Made by a program: the position numbers and the translations under genes
Origin: Escherichia coli
GTDB lineage: Bacteria > Pseudomonadota > Gammaproteobacteria > Enterobacterales > Enterobacteriaceae
DNA length: 64,000 nucleotides
NCBI RefSeq assembly: GCF_003334305.1
Contig: NZ_QOWS01000008.1
Reading direction: 5' to 3' (one strand)
Shown here: piece by piece, positions 43,808 to 52,390 of the stretch
Numbering within the stretch: position 1 is the stretch's first letter
How the letters are laid out: each line of letters begins with the position of its first letter
The notes under the pieces: generated by a model
Seen by the model: only the letters and a program-made list of their open reading frames with translations
The model's database searches: none
Told to the model about the DNA's origin: nothing

Positions 43808-45148
43808 TTAACTCAACAGCTGGAACGCAATCATCCCAACGATGGCACCGACAGTGCCGAGGATGGTTTCCATCATGGTCCAGGTTTTCAGCGTTTCGGC
43901 TTCGGTCGCGCCGGTAAATTTACCGAACAACCAGAAACCGGCGTCGTTAACGTGGCTGACAACAATCGAACCACCAGCGATACAAATCGACAGCGCCGCC
44001 ATTTGCGCACCGGAGTAGTTCAGTTGTTCAATAACCGGCATCACCAGTCCTACCGCCGTTAAACAGGCTACGGTGGCAGAACCCTGAATGATGCGCACTG
44101 CAGCGGCCAGCACGAAGCAGGTGATGGCTATCGGCAGGCCCATGCCAGTTAACGCTTCGCCCAGTGCCGGACCTACGCCAGAGTCAACCAGCACCTGTTT
44201 GAACACGCCACCTGCACCAATCACCAGCAGAATGATCCCCGCCGGTTGCAGCGCGTGACCGCAAATCTCCATCACTTTGTCTTTTGGCATGCCCTGACGC
44301 ATTGCCAGGCCATAAATCGCTACCAGACAAGCAACCAGAATCGCGGTAAACGGATGACCAATAAACTCGAACCATTCGTAAGCGGTAGAGCCTTCTGGCA
44401 CAAAACGCGCGGCAATGGTTTTCAGCCCCACCAGCACCAGCGGCAACAGGATCAGCGACAGGCTGAATCCGAAAGATGGCATTTTGCCTTCGCCGAGATG
44501 CGGTTCGCTGATGTCGTCAGGAATATGCAACTCCACGTAGCGGCTGATGAAATTACCCCACAGCGGCCCGGCAATAATCATTCCCGGAATTGCCGCACAC
44601 AGGCCAATCAGGATCATCCAGCCAAAATCGGCGTTCATCTGCGATGCCAGCAGCATTGGCGCTGGCCCTGGCACCAGGAACGCCGCCGCTGCCGCCACGC
44701 CTGCGAATAATGGGATTACCAGCTTCACCAGGTTCGTACCGGTGTGGCGCGCCATTGAGAAAGCAACGCTAATCAGCAGAACAATCGCCACTTCAAAGAA
44801 CAGCGGTAGCGCACAGACCAGCCCCGCAAGGCCGATGGCATAATGCGCGCGGCTGTGACCGAAGGATTTAAGCATTTTGACGGCAATCTGATCGACTGCG
44901 CCGGTTTCATGTAAGATCTTGCCAAACATAGCTCCCAGGGCGACAACCACCGCCAGGAAGCCGAGGGTGCCTCCCATCCCTTTTTCCATCGTCGCTGCGA
45001 TTTTATCGAGCGGCATACCGGAAAAAAGGCCAGCCCCCATGGACACCACCATCAAAGCCAGGAAAGCGTGCATACGCGCCTTCATGACTAAAAACAGCAG
45101 CAGTAAAACAGACCCTACTGCTGTTAAAACAAGCGTTAATGTAGTCAC
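43808..45148 (-). CDS. gntU: Low-affinity gluconate transporter GntU (446 aa)
   Basis: 446-aa GntP-family permease MTTLTLVLTAVGSVLLLLFLVMKARMHAFL.... Starts 3 nt after the gntK stop. Confidence 0.93.
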   Translation of the reverse strand: MTTLTLVLTAVGSVLLLLFLVMKARMHAFLALMVVSMGAGLFSGMPLDKIAATMEKGMGGTLGFLAVVVALGAMFGKILHETGAVDQIAVKMLKSFGHSRAHYAIGLAGLVCALPLFFEVAIVLLISVAFSMARHTGTNLVKLVIPLFAGVAAAAAFLVPGPAPMLLASQMNADFGWMILIGLCAAIPGMIIAGPLWGNFISRYVELHIPDDISEPHLGEGKMPSFGFSLSLILLPLVLVGLKTIAARFVPEGSTAYEWFEFIGHPFTAILVACLVAIYGLAMRQGMPKDKVMEICGHALQPAGIILLVIGAGGVFKQVLVDSGVGPALGEALTGMGLPIAITCFVLAAAVRIIQGSATVACLTAVGLVMPVIEQLNYSGAQMAALSICIAGGSIVVSHVNDAGFWLFGKFTGATEAETLKTWTMMETILGTVGAIVGMIAFQLLS

Positions 45149-45151
45149 TAC

Positions 45152-45679
45152 TTATTTGCCTTTTTTAATAACCTCAATGGTGCTTGCCACAACACCTTCC
45201 AGCGGTTGATCGATATCCACCACCAGTACATCAGTTTCGTCCGCACCCGGCTCCTGCAGCGTTTCAAACTGCGTCACCAACATTTGGGTTTTAAAGAAAT
45301 GGCCTTTGCGCGCTTTCAGGCGGCTTTCAATCACGTCAAAATCGCCTTTCAGGTAGATGAAAGAGAGATTCGGATTACCTTCACGCAGCAAGTCGCGATA
45401 GTGTTTTTTCAATGCAGAACAGACGATCAGTGACACTTTATTAGTGCGCTGCATAGCAAACGCGGCGTCGTTCAGCGCCTGCAACCACGGTTTGCGATCG
45501 TCGTCATTCAGCGGTTCGCCAGACGCCATTTTTTCGATATTGCGCCGTGGATGGAGGAAATCGCCATCAAGAAACGCGGCATGAAGTTGATGCGCCACTT
45601 CACTGGCGACCGCAGATTTGCCGCTGCCCGATACGCCCATCAAGACGTAAATGTGGTGATCATGGTTAGTCGTGCTCAA
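45152..45679 (-). CDS. gntK: Gluconokinase GntK (175 aa) with apparent TTG start
   Basis: Product (M)STTNHDHHIYVLMGVSGSGKSAVASEVAH... (P-loop). There is no in-frame ATG upstream of the P-loop; candidate TTG starts are at 45679 and 45700. Confidence 0.85.
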   Translation of the reverse strand: MSTTNHDHHIYVLMGVSGSGKSAVASEVAHQLHAAFLDGDFLHPRRNIEKMASGEPLNDDDRKPWLQALNDAAFAMQRTNKVSLIVCSALKKHYRDLLREGNPNLSFIYLKGDFDVIESRLKARKGHFFKTQMLVTQFETLQEPGADETDVLVVDIDQPLEGVVASTIEVIKKGK

Positions 45680-45709
45680 AGTGGTGCCCCCACAATACAA
45701 GAATTAAAA

Positions 45710-45738
45710 ATGTTACGGGTAACTGTTATCGGTAACAT
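45710..45738 (-). promoter_or_regulatory. Candidate tandem GntR operators in the gntKU promoter
   Basis: ATGTTACGGGTAACTGTTATCGGTAACAT contains two overlapping ATGTTA-N4-TAACAT-like palindromes about 30-60 bp upstream of gntK. Confidence 0.5.
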
Positions 45739-45817
45739 TGTCCAGCCGGACAATATCAGAAGCAATATCCATCCGTGCCTTAAGTGTATAAGTGTGAGCT
45801 ACTTCAAATTTGTGGGC

Positions 45818-46813
45818 TTAAATAGATCCGCCCGGTGACAAGGTGAAACCTAAATCTAACATTTTCGGTGTCACAGATTCGCCACGAATACGCGCCAGCA
45901 GGCGTTCAGCGCCAATACTGCCCATCCGCTCACGCGGCGTCAGCACGCTCGCTAACCGCGGCTCCATCACCTGGCCAATGTCATGACCGTGGAAACCGGC
46001 AATCGCCATATCGTCAGGAACCTTCAATCCCAGACGCTGACATTCAAACGCCGCGCCGACCGCCAGGTCATCGTTGGTACAGAACACGCCATCCATCTGC
46101 GGATATTCCCGCCGCGCCTGGCGAATCAGTTCAATACCGGAAGAGTAAGAAGAAGATTGCTCAACCATCACGCTATACGGCACCAGACCTGCATCCAGCA
46201 TCGCCTGTTCGTATCCCTTCTGTTTGATGATAGTACGTTCGTCGAGACGCGCGCCGAGATAGGCAATGTGGCAATGCCCGCGAGCAATAATGGCGGTGGT
46301 CATCTGGCGTGCCGCTTCAAAGTTATCAAAACCGACGGCGATATCGAGGCACGGCGACTGGCTGTCCATGAGTTCCACCACCGGGATCCCCGCCACTTCA
46401 ATCATCTTTAAGGTGCGCGGCGTGTGGGTACGTTCGGTGAGGATCAGTCCGTCGATATTCCATGAGAGCATGGATTCGAGACGTTCTTGCTCCATTTCCG
46501 GTTTATAACCGTAGTGCGCCAGCATGGTCTGATAACCGTGCGCGTCGGTGACGCTTTCGATTCCGCGTAATACTTCCGCGAAAACCTGGTTGGTGAGAGA
46601 AGGTAACAGGACGCCAATCGCCCGGCTGGTAGCGTTAGAGAGGATATCGGGCGCACGATTGGGAATATAGCCCAGTTCATCAAGAGCGGCGGCAATCTTG
46701 CCGCGTAGAGCGACGGAAACCTGCTCCGGGTTGCGTAAAAAACGGCTGACCGTCATTTTGGTCACGCCTACACGGTCAGCCACATCCTGAAGTACGGGTC
46801 TTTTCTTTTTCAT
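45818..46813 (-). CDS. gntR: LacI-family gluconate repressor GntR (331 aa)
   Basis: 331-aa ORF MKKKRPVLQDVADRVGVTKMTVSRFLRNPEQVS... (HTH plus periplasmic-binding-fold core). Confidence 0.93.
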   Translation of the reverse strand: MKKKRPVLQDVADRVGVTKMTVSRFLRNPEQVSVALRGKIAAALDELGYIPNRAPDILSNATSRAIGVLLPSLTNQVFAEVLRGIESVTDAHGYQTMLAHYGYKPEMEQERLESMLSWNIDGLILTERTHTPRTLKMIEVAGIPVVELMDSQSPCLDIAVGFDNFEAARQMTTAIIARGHCHIAYLGARLDERTIIKQKGYEQAMLDAGLVPYSVMVEQSSSYSSGIELIRQARREYPQMDGVFCTNDDLAVGAAFECQRLGLKVPDDMAIAGFHGHDIGQVMEPRLASVLTPRERMGSIGAERLLARIRGESVTPKMLDLGFTLSPGGSI

Positions 46814-46995
46814 CGTCCTGAAGGTACAAAAGAGATAGATTCTCTTAGTTTAACACGGACGCATCAGAACCTTCCCGGGGAAAACAGTGCTTGTTTACAA
46901 TTATTAGATATACACTAAATCAATTGCATCGCATTGTGCTAACGACGCGGCAAAACCCCGGAAGCGTGCATCAGCACGCGACCGGAGCGAGCGAG

Positions 46996-47019
46996 GAAGC
47001 CTGCAAAAAGGCAGGCTTC
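46996..47019. terminator. Hairpin downstream of yhhW
   Basis: GAAGCCTGCAAAAAGGCAGGCTTC, 17 nt after the yhhW stop. No clean U-run. Confidence 0.3.
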
Positions 47020-47036
47020 AAAGATGCCGTTGAGTT

Positions 47037-47732
47037 TTAAACCGGCGGCAGATCGAACAGTAACACTTCGCTGTCGCTATCCGCATGGATGGAGATTGCC
47101 TGCTCATCCCAGATTGCCAGACCATCGCTGGTCGAGGCTTTCACGCCGTTAATGGTGACATTGCCTTTCACCACCTGGATCCAGACGCGGCGTTCAGCGG
47201 CAATCTGATGCACCGACTGCTCATCTTTCAGCAACGCCCAACGATACAGTTCCATATCCTGATGCACTTTCAGCGAACCATCTCGCGCATCCGGCGAGAG
47301 CACCAGCTGTTTGCCCTGCACGGCATCGAAGCGACGCTGTTCATAACGCGGCGTAATGCCATTTTCTTCAGGCATGATCCAGATCTGATACAGATGCAGA
47401 CGCTCGGTGCTGTTTGGGTTGTACTCTGAGTGACGAATACCCGTACCCGCACTCATAATCTGGAACTCACCCGCCGGAACCTGCTCTTTATTGCCCATGC
47501 TGTCCTGATGCTCAACAGTACCTTCCAGCACGTAGGTCAAAATTTCCATATCTTTATGCGGGTGAGTGCCGAAGCCCTGTCCTGCTTCAATCACGTCGTC
47601 GTTAATCACGCGCAGCGCGGAGAAGCCCATAAAGTTCGGATCGTAATAGTTGGCAAAAGAGAAAGTATGCCAGGAGTCCAGCCAGCCATGATTTGCATGA
47701 CCACGTTCATTTGCTTTGCGTAAGTAGATCAT
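47037..47732 (-). CDS. yhhW: Pirin-like bicupin, quercetin 2,3-dioxygenase YhhW (231 aa)
   Basis: 231-aa ORF MIYLRKANERGHANHGWLDSWHTFSFANYYDPNFMGF... with the cupin metal-binding histidines (GFGTHPHKDMEI). Confidence 0.92.
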   Translation of the reverse strand: MIYLRKANERGHANHGWLDSWHTFSFANYYDPNFMGFSALRVINDDVIEAGQGFGTHPHKDMEILTYVLEGTVEHQDSMGNKEQVPAGEFQIMSAGTGIRHSEYNPNSTERLHLYQIWIMPEENGITPRYEQRRFDAVQGKQLVLSPDARDGSLKVHQDMELYRWALLKDEQSVHQIAAERRVWIQVVKGNVTINGVKASTSDGLAIWDEQAISIHADSDSEVLLFDLPPV

Positions 47733-47794
47733 TTGTATTCGCCCCCTGAATGATTTCGATGGGCTTAGTGTGGACCCGATCTGCCTGGGATGAT

Positions 47795-47845
47795 AGAGGG
47801 TGAAAATTGACCCCTCTGTTCAAAAAAATTGAACTATTCGAGGGG
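47795..47845 (-). terminator. Nested hairpins between yhhX and yhhW
   Basis: AGAGGGTGAAAATTGACCCCTCT and CCCCTC...GAGGGG flank an A/T run; possible terminator or attenuator. Confidence 0.3.
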
Positions 47846-47854
47846 CCATCAAAC

Positions 47855-48892
47855 TTACTTAGCGAGAGTTACTGTGGAGGGAGAGGCTTGCTCAAATCCG
47901 CGTTCAAGGATTTCCAGATTGGTAAGAACTTCAGATTCCTTGACGTAATTTGGCGCACCGTGGGTGATGGTTTGATACAACGCATCATAAACGCGCCCGT
48001 AATCGCCCATCTCCGGCTTCATCTCTTCTCTGACCGTCACGCCCTCGTCATTGACATACTCCAGCACACCGACCGAATCATCCGCTGCGAATCCCGGTTC
48101 GCCCGGCATAATATTAGCCTTCAGGCTGGTTTCCTGCTGGTCGATACCGTATTTAATAAACGAACCTTTCTTACCGTGAACGATAAATTTCGGATAATCG
48201 ATTTTCACCAGATGGCTGGTTTTGACGATGGCTTTCAGGTCGCCATAAAACAGTTGCGCTTCAAAGGTGTCGTCAGGATTGGCTTTATTACGCAGGCTGC
48301 GGATGTCATAAGCGACGTGATCCGGGCGACCGAACAGAGAAATAATCTGGTCCATCGTATGCACACCAAGGCCATAAAACGCGCCATCCTGCGGCAGCCC
48401 AGGTTTGGTTTCTGCCACCGGGCGGTAATAGTCAAAATGGCTTTCCACTTCAACAATCTCTCCCAACTTGCCACTTTCAATCGCTTTTTTCGCTGTCAGG
48501 AAGCAGGAGTCAAAGCGACGATTCTGATACGGCGTGACGGTCAGCCCTTTGCTTTTCGCCAACGCAAACAGCTCCTTCGCCTGGGCAAGCGTCGGGGTGA
48601 ACGGTTTTTCGACCAGCACATTTTTCCCGGCTTCCAGCGCGCGTTTCGCGTACTCGAAATGGCTGTCCGCGTGGGTGCAGACAACAACCAGCTTAACATC
48701 GGGATCGTTTAGTACTTCGTCGAGATCGCTGGTGAAATGGATATGGGAATAAATGGGAGCCTGTTCTTCCGGCTTCGCATGGCGACGAAAAATATGCGCG
48801 ACATGCCAGCTATCCTTGCGGTTAAGTACATACGGCAGATGGTAACGGGTGGTGCTTTTGCCGAAGCCAATAAAGGCGCAGTTGATGACCAT
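47855..48892 (-). CDS. yhhX: Gfo/Idh/MocA-family NAD(P)-dependent oxidoreductase YhhX (345 aa)
   Basis: 345-aa ORF MVINCAFIGFGKSTTRYHLPYVLNRKD... (Rossmann N-terminus). Confidence 0.92.
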   Translation of the reverse strand: MVINCAFIGFGKSTTRYHLPYVLNRKDSWHVAHIFRRHAKPEEQAPIYSHIHFTSDLDEVLNDPDVKLVVVCTHADSHFEYAKRALEAGKNVLVEKPFTPTLAQAKELFALAKSKGLTVTPYQNRRFDSCFLTAKKAIESGKLGEIVEVESHFDYYRPVAETKPGLPQDGAFYGLGVHTMDQIISLFGRPDHVAYDIRSLRNKANPDDTFEAQLFYGDLKAIVKTSHLVKIDYPKFIVHGKKGSFIKYGIDQQETSLKANIMPGEPGFAADDSVGVLEYVNDEGVTVREEMKPEMGDYGRVYDALYQTITHGAPNYVKESEVLTNLEILERGFEQASPSTVTLAK

Positions 48893-49008
48893 GATTTCGT
48901 CCTTTTTAAGGTGGTTATTTACACCTTAGCGCAAAGCGGACGTGGTTCCTACTGGAGTGCGCATAACGAACACAAGCACTCCCGTGGATAAATTGAGAAC
49001 GAAAGATC

Positions 49009-49103
49009 AAAAAAAAAGCCAGCACCCGGCTGGCTAAGTAATACTGGAAGCAATGTGAGCAATGTCGTGCTTTCAGGTTCTCCGCGAGGGTCTTCCTGAT
49101 CGC
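49009..49103 (-). ncRNA. ryhB: Fur-repressed small RNA RyhB
   Basis: Minus-strand sequence GCGATCAGGAAGACCCTCGCGGAGAACCTGAAAGCACGACATTGCTCACATTGCTTCCAGTATTACTTAGCCAGCCGGGTGCTGGCTTTTTTTTT matches the RyhB sequence as I recall it, including the terminator hairpin and U9 tail. Confidence 0.92.
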
Positions 49104-49130
49104 GAGACAATAATAATCATTCTCATTCGC
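49104..49130 (-). promoter_or_regulatory. Fur box / promoter of ryhB
   Basis: Minus-strand GCGAATGAGAATGATTATTATTG immediately upstream of the RyhB 5' end, with GATAAT/ATCATT hexamers. Confidence 0.6.
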
Positions 49131-49224
49131 ACTTGTCCAACACTTTTTGCAAAAAAATGCATTTGACTCGCATTTGAAAGTCAATGATGTTGAAAGGGAC
49201 ATTTACCCCAAAGAGGACAAAGGA

Positions 49225-49713
49225 ATGAGTGAGATAGTAATACGCCACGCAGAAACACGGGATTACGAGGCCATCAGGCAGATTCACGCCCAGCCGGAGG
49301 TGTATTGCAACACACTACAGGTGCCTCATCCTTCCGATCATATGTGGCAGGAGCGACTCGCCGATCGTCCCGGCATCAAGCAACTCGTCGCCTGTATTGA
49401 TGGAGACGTCGTGGGCCATCTCACCATTGACGTGCAACAGCGCCCACGCCGCAGTCATGTTGCCGATTTTGGTATCTGTGTCGACTCTCGTTGGAAGAAC
49501 CGCGGCGTCGCCAGCGCCCTGATGCGAGAGATGATTGAAATGTGCGACAACTGGTTGCGGGTAGATCGCATTGAACTAACCGTGTTTGTCGATAACGCCC
49601 CGGCAATTAAGGTCTATAAAAAATACGGCTTTGAAATTGAAGGGACTGGTAAGAAGTACGCATTGCGTAATGGTGAATATGTCGATGCATATTATATGGC
49701 GCGGGTGAAGTAA
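49225..49713 (+). CDS. yhhY: GNAT-family N-acetyltransferase YhhY (162 aa)
   Basis: Track ORF 49147..49713; the internal ATG at 49225 (AGGA upstream) gives MSEIVIRHAETRDYEAIRQIHAQPEV... with the acetyl-CoA-binding motif (RWKNRGVASALM). Confidence 0.9.
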   Translation: MSEIVIRHAETRDYEAIRQIHAQPEVYCNTLQVPHPSDHMWQERLADRPGIKQLVACIDGDVVGHLTIDVQQRPRRSHVADFGICVDSRWKNRGVASALMREMIEMCDNWLRVDRIELTVFVDNAPAIKVYKKYGFEIEGTGKKYALRNGEYVDAYYMARVK

Positions 49714-49720
49714 GATAGTG

Positions 49721-49745
49721 CCCTTTTTCTGAGATGGAAAAAGGG
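49721..49745 (+). terminator. Hairpin downstream of yhhY
   Basis: CCCTTTTTCTGAGATGGAAAAAGGG, 8 nt after the yhhY stop. Confidence 0.3.
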
Positions 49746-49949
49746 TGTCATTCAAAATCGACATACCTTCCTTTAAGGTATTTATTTGCCCAATACATAT
49801 ATTGAGATTTAACTCATAATTACTTCCTAAAGTGTAATATTTTATTTTTTAATATATACGCCTACAATTTCCTGGAGTAAATAAATAACAATTAACAAGC
49901 ATAATATTGCCATTGATAAAATAGCATGCCATAAAAGGACTTTTCAGGG

Positions 49950-51128
49950 ATGAGTAATATTGTTTACCTGACAGTAACGGGAGAACAACAAGGAAGCATC
50001 TCCGCAGGTTGTGGGACTTCTGAGTCTACAGGTAATCGTTGGCAGAGCGGGCATGAGGATGAAATATTTACATTCTCACTCTTAAATAATATTAATAATA
50101 CGGGGCTTGGTTCACAGTTCCATGGTATAACATTTTGTAAATTAATTGATAAAAGCACTCCATTATTTATTAATTCCATTAACAATAATGAACAATTATT
50201 TATGGGATTTGACTTCTATCGAATAAATAGATTTGGTAGATGGGAAAAGTATTATTATATACAACTAAAAGGCGCTTTTTTATCGGCTATTCATCATCAG
50301 ATCATTCAAAATCAACTGGATACAGAAACAATAACTGTTAGTTATGAATTTATCCTCTGTCAACATCTTATCGCAAATACCGAGTTCAGCTATTTGGCAC
50401 TCCCTGAAAATTATAACCGTTTGTTTTTACCAAATTCAAAAAACCAAACAAATAATCGTTTCAAAACGTTAAACAGCAAAGCTATTGGCAGGCTACTTGC
50501 TGCTGGTGGCGTATACAATGGGAACATTGAAGGATTCAGAGATACTGCGGAAAAACTGGGTGGAGATGCAATAAAAGGCTATGATCAAATACTAAATGAA
50601 AAAACAGCGGGCATAGCGATAGCAACAGCATCTATTCTTTTAACAAAGCGTTCTAATGTTGATACATATACAGAAATAAATAGTTACTTAGGCAAACTTA
50701 GAGGTCAACAAAAACTTCTTGATGGTATAGACATAATAGAAATAATATACATTAAGAGACCTTCAAAAGACTTAGCTAACTTACGAAAGGAGTTTAATAA
50801 AACTGTAAGAAAAAATTTTCTTATCAAACTTGCAAAAACCTCCGAAGCATCTGGAAGATTCAACGCCGAAGACCTTTTAAGAATGAGAAAGGGCAATGTT
50901 CCTCTAAATTATAATGTTCACCATAAACTATCTCTAGATGATGGTGGTACTAATGATTTCGAAAATTTAGTATTAATCGAAAACGAACCATATCATAAAG
51001 TTTTTACTAACATGCAATCACGAATAGCTAAGGGAATATTAGTAGGTGAAAGCAAAATCACTCCCTGGGCCATTCCATCTGGCTCAATTTATCCTCCCAT
51101 GAAAAATATTATGGACCACACAAAATGA
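49950..51128 (+). CDS. yhhZ: YhhZ-like polymorphic toxin (392 aa): N-terminal Hcp-like domain fused to a C-terminal HNH (beta-beta-alpha-metal) nuclease domain
   Basis: The N-terminus (MSNIVYLTVTGEQQGSISAGCGTS...) resembles Hcp/TssD. The C-terminus carries NYNVHHKLSLDDGGTNDFENLVLIENEPYHKVF (HH...N...H). Local sequence is strongly AT-rich compared with the flanking genes. Confidence 0.8.
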   Translation: MSNIVYLTVTGEQQGSISAGCGTSESTGNRWQSGHEDEIFTFSLLNNINNTGLGSQFHGITFCKLIDKSTPLFINSINNNEQLFMGFDFYRINRFGRWEKYYYIQLKGAFLSAIHHQIIQNQLDTETITVSYEFILCQHLIANTEFSYLALPENYNRLFLPNSKNQTNNRFKTLNSKAIGRLLAAGGVYNGNIEGFRDTAEKLGGDAIKGYDQILNEKTAGIAIATASILLTKRSNVDTYTEINSYLGKLRGQQKLLDGIDIIEIIYIKRPSKDLANLRKEFNKTVRKNFLIKLAKTSEASGRFNAEDLLRMRKGNVPLNYNVHHKLSLDDGGTNDFENLVLIENEPYHKVFTNMQSRIAKGILVGESKITPWAIPSGSIYPPMKNIMDHTK

Positions 51129-51619
51129 TGACTAAAACCCAAATAAATAAATTAATAAAAATGATGAATGATTTAGACTATCCATTTGAAGCACCGCTCA
51201 AGGAATCATTTATTGAAAGTATAATCCAAATAGAATTTAATTCTAATTCAACTAATTGCCTGGAGAAGTTATGTAATGAAGTTAGTATTCTTTTTAAGAA
51301 TCAACCTGATTATCTTACTTTTTTAAGAGCAATGGATGGATTCGAAGTTAATGGATTACGATTATTTAGCCTCTCGATTCCAGAACCTTCAGTTAAAAAC
51401 CTTTTTGCCGTAAATGAATTTTATAGAAATAATGATGATTTCATAAACCCTGATCTACAAGAACGGTTAGTGATCGGGGATGATAGCATTTCAATATTTA
51501 CTTATGACATTAAAAGTAACTTTTTTGAAATTAGAGATAATATTGGCACAGAAAATATATTCAGTTCGTTTAGTGATTTCTCTTCATTCTTAAACGAAAT
51601 CATGGACAGTTGTTCATAA
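51125..51619 (+). CDS. yrhA: YrhA-like putative immunity protein (164 aa), translationally coupled to yhhZ
   Basis: The ATG overlaps the yhhZ TGA (ATGA). Acidic 164-aa product MMTKTQINKLIKMMNDLDYPFEAPLKESFIES..., AT-rich. No IS1 sequence interrupts it. Confidence 0.65.
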   Translation: MMTKTQINKLIKMMNDLDYPFEAPLKESFIESIIQIEFNSNSTNCLEKLCNEVSILFKNQPDYLTFLRAMDGFEVNGLRLFSLSIPEPSVKNLFAVNEFYRNNDDFINPDLQERLVIGDDSISIFTYDIKSNFFEIRDNIGTENIFSSFSDFSSFLNEIMDSCS

Positions 51620-51713
51620 TAATCAAAAGGAAACAAAAATCATTGTAAACCATGCCATCTTTTTAGAGATTACCAGCAGAAAATTCCTTGTTCGAAATTT
51701 AGCAGTGCAAGCT

Positions 51714-51869
51714 ATGGAAAAACTTACAACGGAACTACACTCCTTAAGTGAGATGGACCGAAGACATGTAGTCTCTATTTTAGCCGAAATAGCTAATGGC
51801 TATGATGATTTTAATGACATGTTGATTTATTTAGAATTTTACCCGAATCATAAGATTCTGATATCTTAA
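51714..51869 (+). CDS. Small ORF (51 aa) in the AT-rich spacer, possible orphan immunity-gene remnant
   Basis: ATG...TAA frame encoding MEKLTTELHSLSEMDRRHVVSILAEIANGYDDFNDMLIYLEFYPNHKILIS. Below the 60-aa track cutoff, no clear Shine-Dalgarno. Confidence 0.2.
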   Translation: MEKLTTELHSLSEMDRRHVVSILAEIANGYDDFNDMLIYLEFYPNHKILIS

Positions 51870-52068
51870 ATAAGAAAATCCCGTTCGACGTTCTGAAAAA
51901 GAAATCATAAAATATTAGCAGATACTTATTTCGTGACTATATCTTATCCGATGAACTTTTTTCAAAACCAGCATTTAATAATATCTTTGACGAAGATGAA
52001 CGCGTCTTTGCTCAATGTATCACACAGGAATAATAATATAACACTCAACAATAATATTTATTATAATT

Positions 52069-52353
52069 ATGATTACTTATCACGACGCATTCGCGAAAGC
52101 GAACCATTACCTTGATGATGCAGATCTCCCGGTCGTCATTACTCTACATGGACGCTTTAGCCAGGGCTGGTATTTCTGTTTCGAAGCACGAGAATTTCTC
52201 GAAACTGGAGATGAGGCCGCGCGCTTAGCTGGTAACGCACCTTTTATTATTGATAAAGACAGTGGTGAAATTCATTCTCTGGGAACGGCAAAGCCGCTGG
52301 AAGAATATCTACAGGATTACGAAATAAAAAAGGCTACCTTCGGCTTGCCCTGA
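52069..52353 (+). CDS. yrhB: YrhB-like small protein (94 aa), putative immunity-type protein
   Basis: 94-aa ORF MITYHDAFAKANHYLDDADLPVVITLHGRFSQGWYFCFEAREFLETGDEAARLAGNAPFIIDKDSGEIHSL.... Confidence 0.8.
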   Translation: MITYHDAFAKANHYLDDADLPVVITLHGRFSQGWYFCFEAREFLETGDEAARLAGNAPFIIDKDSGEIHSLGTAKPLEEYLQDYEIKKATFGLP

Positions 52354-52360
52354 CAAAATA

Positions 52361-52382
52361 GCCCTCTTCCCACGAAGAGGGC
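52361..52382. terminator. Hairpin between convergent yrhB and ggt
   Basis: GCCCTCTTCCCACGAAGAGGGC between the two stop codons. Confidence 0.45.
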
Positions 52383-52390
52383 CGCTAACC

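Noticed and set aside
51125-51619. IS1 insertion in yrhA, as I recall for K-12
   Set aside because: No IS1 inverted repeats or insA/insB-like ORFs are present anywhere in 49.7-52.4 kb. yrhA reads as one uninterrupted 164-codon frame.
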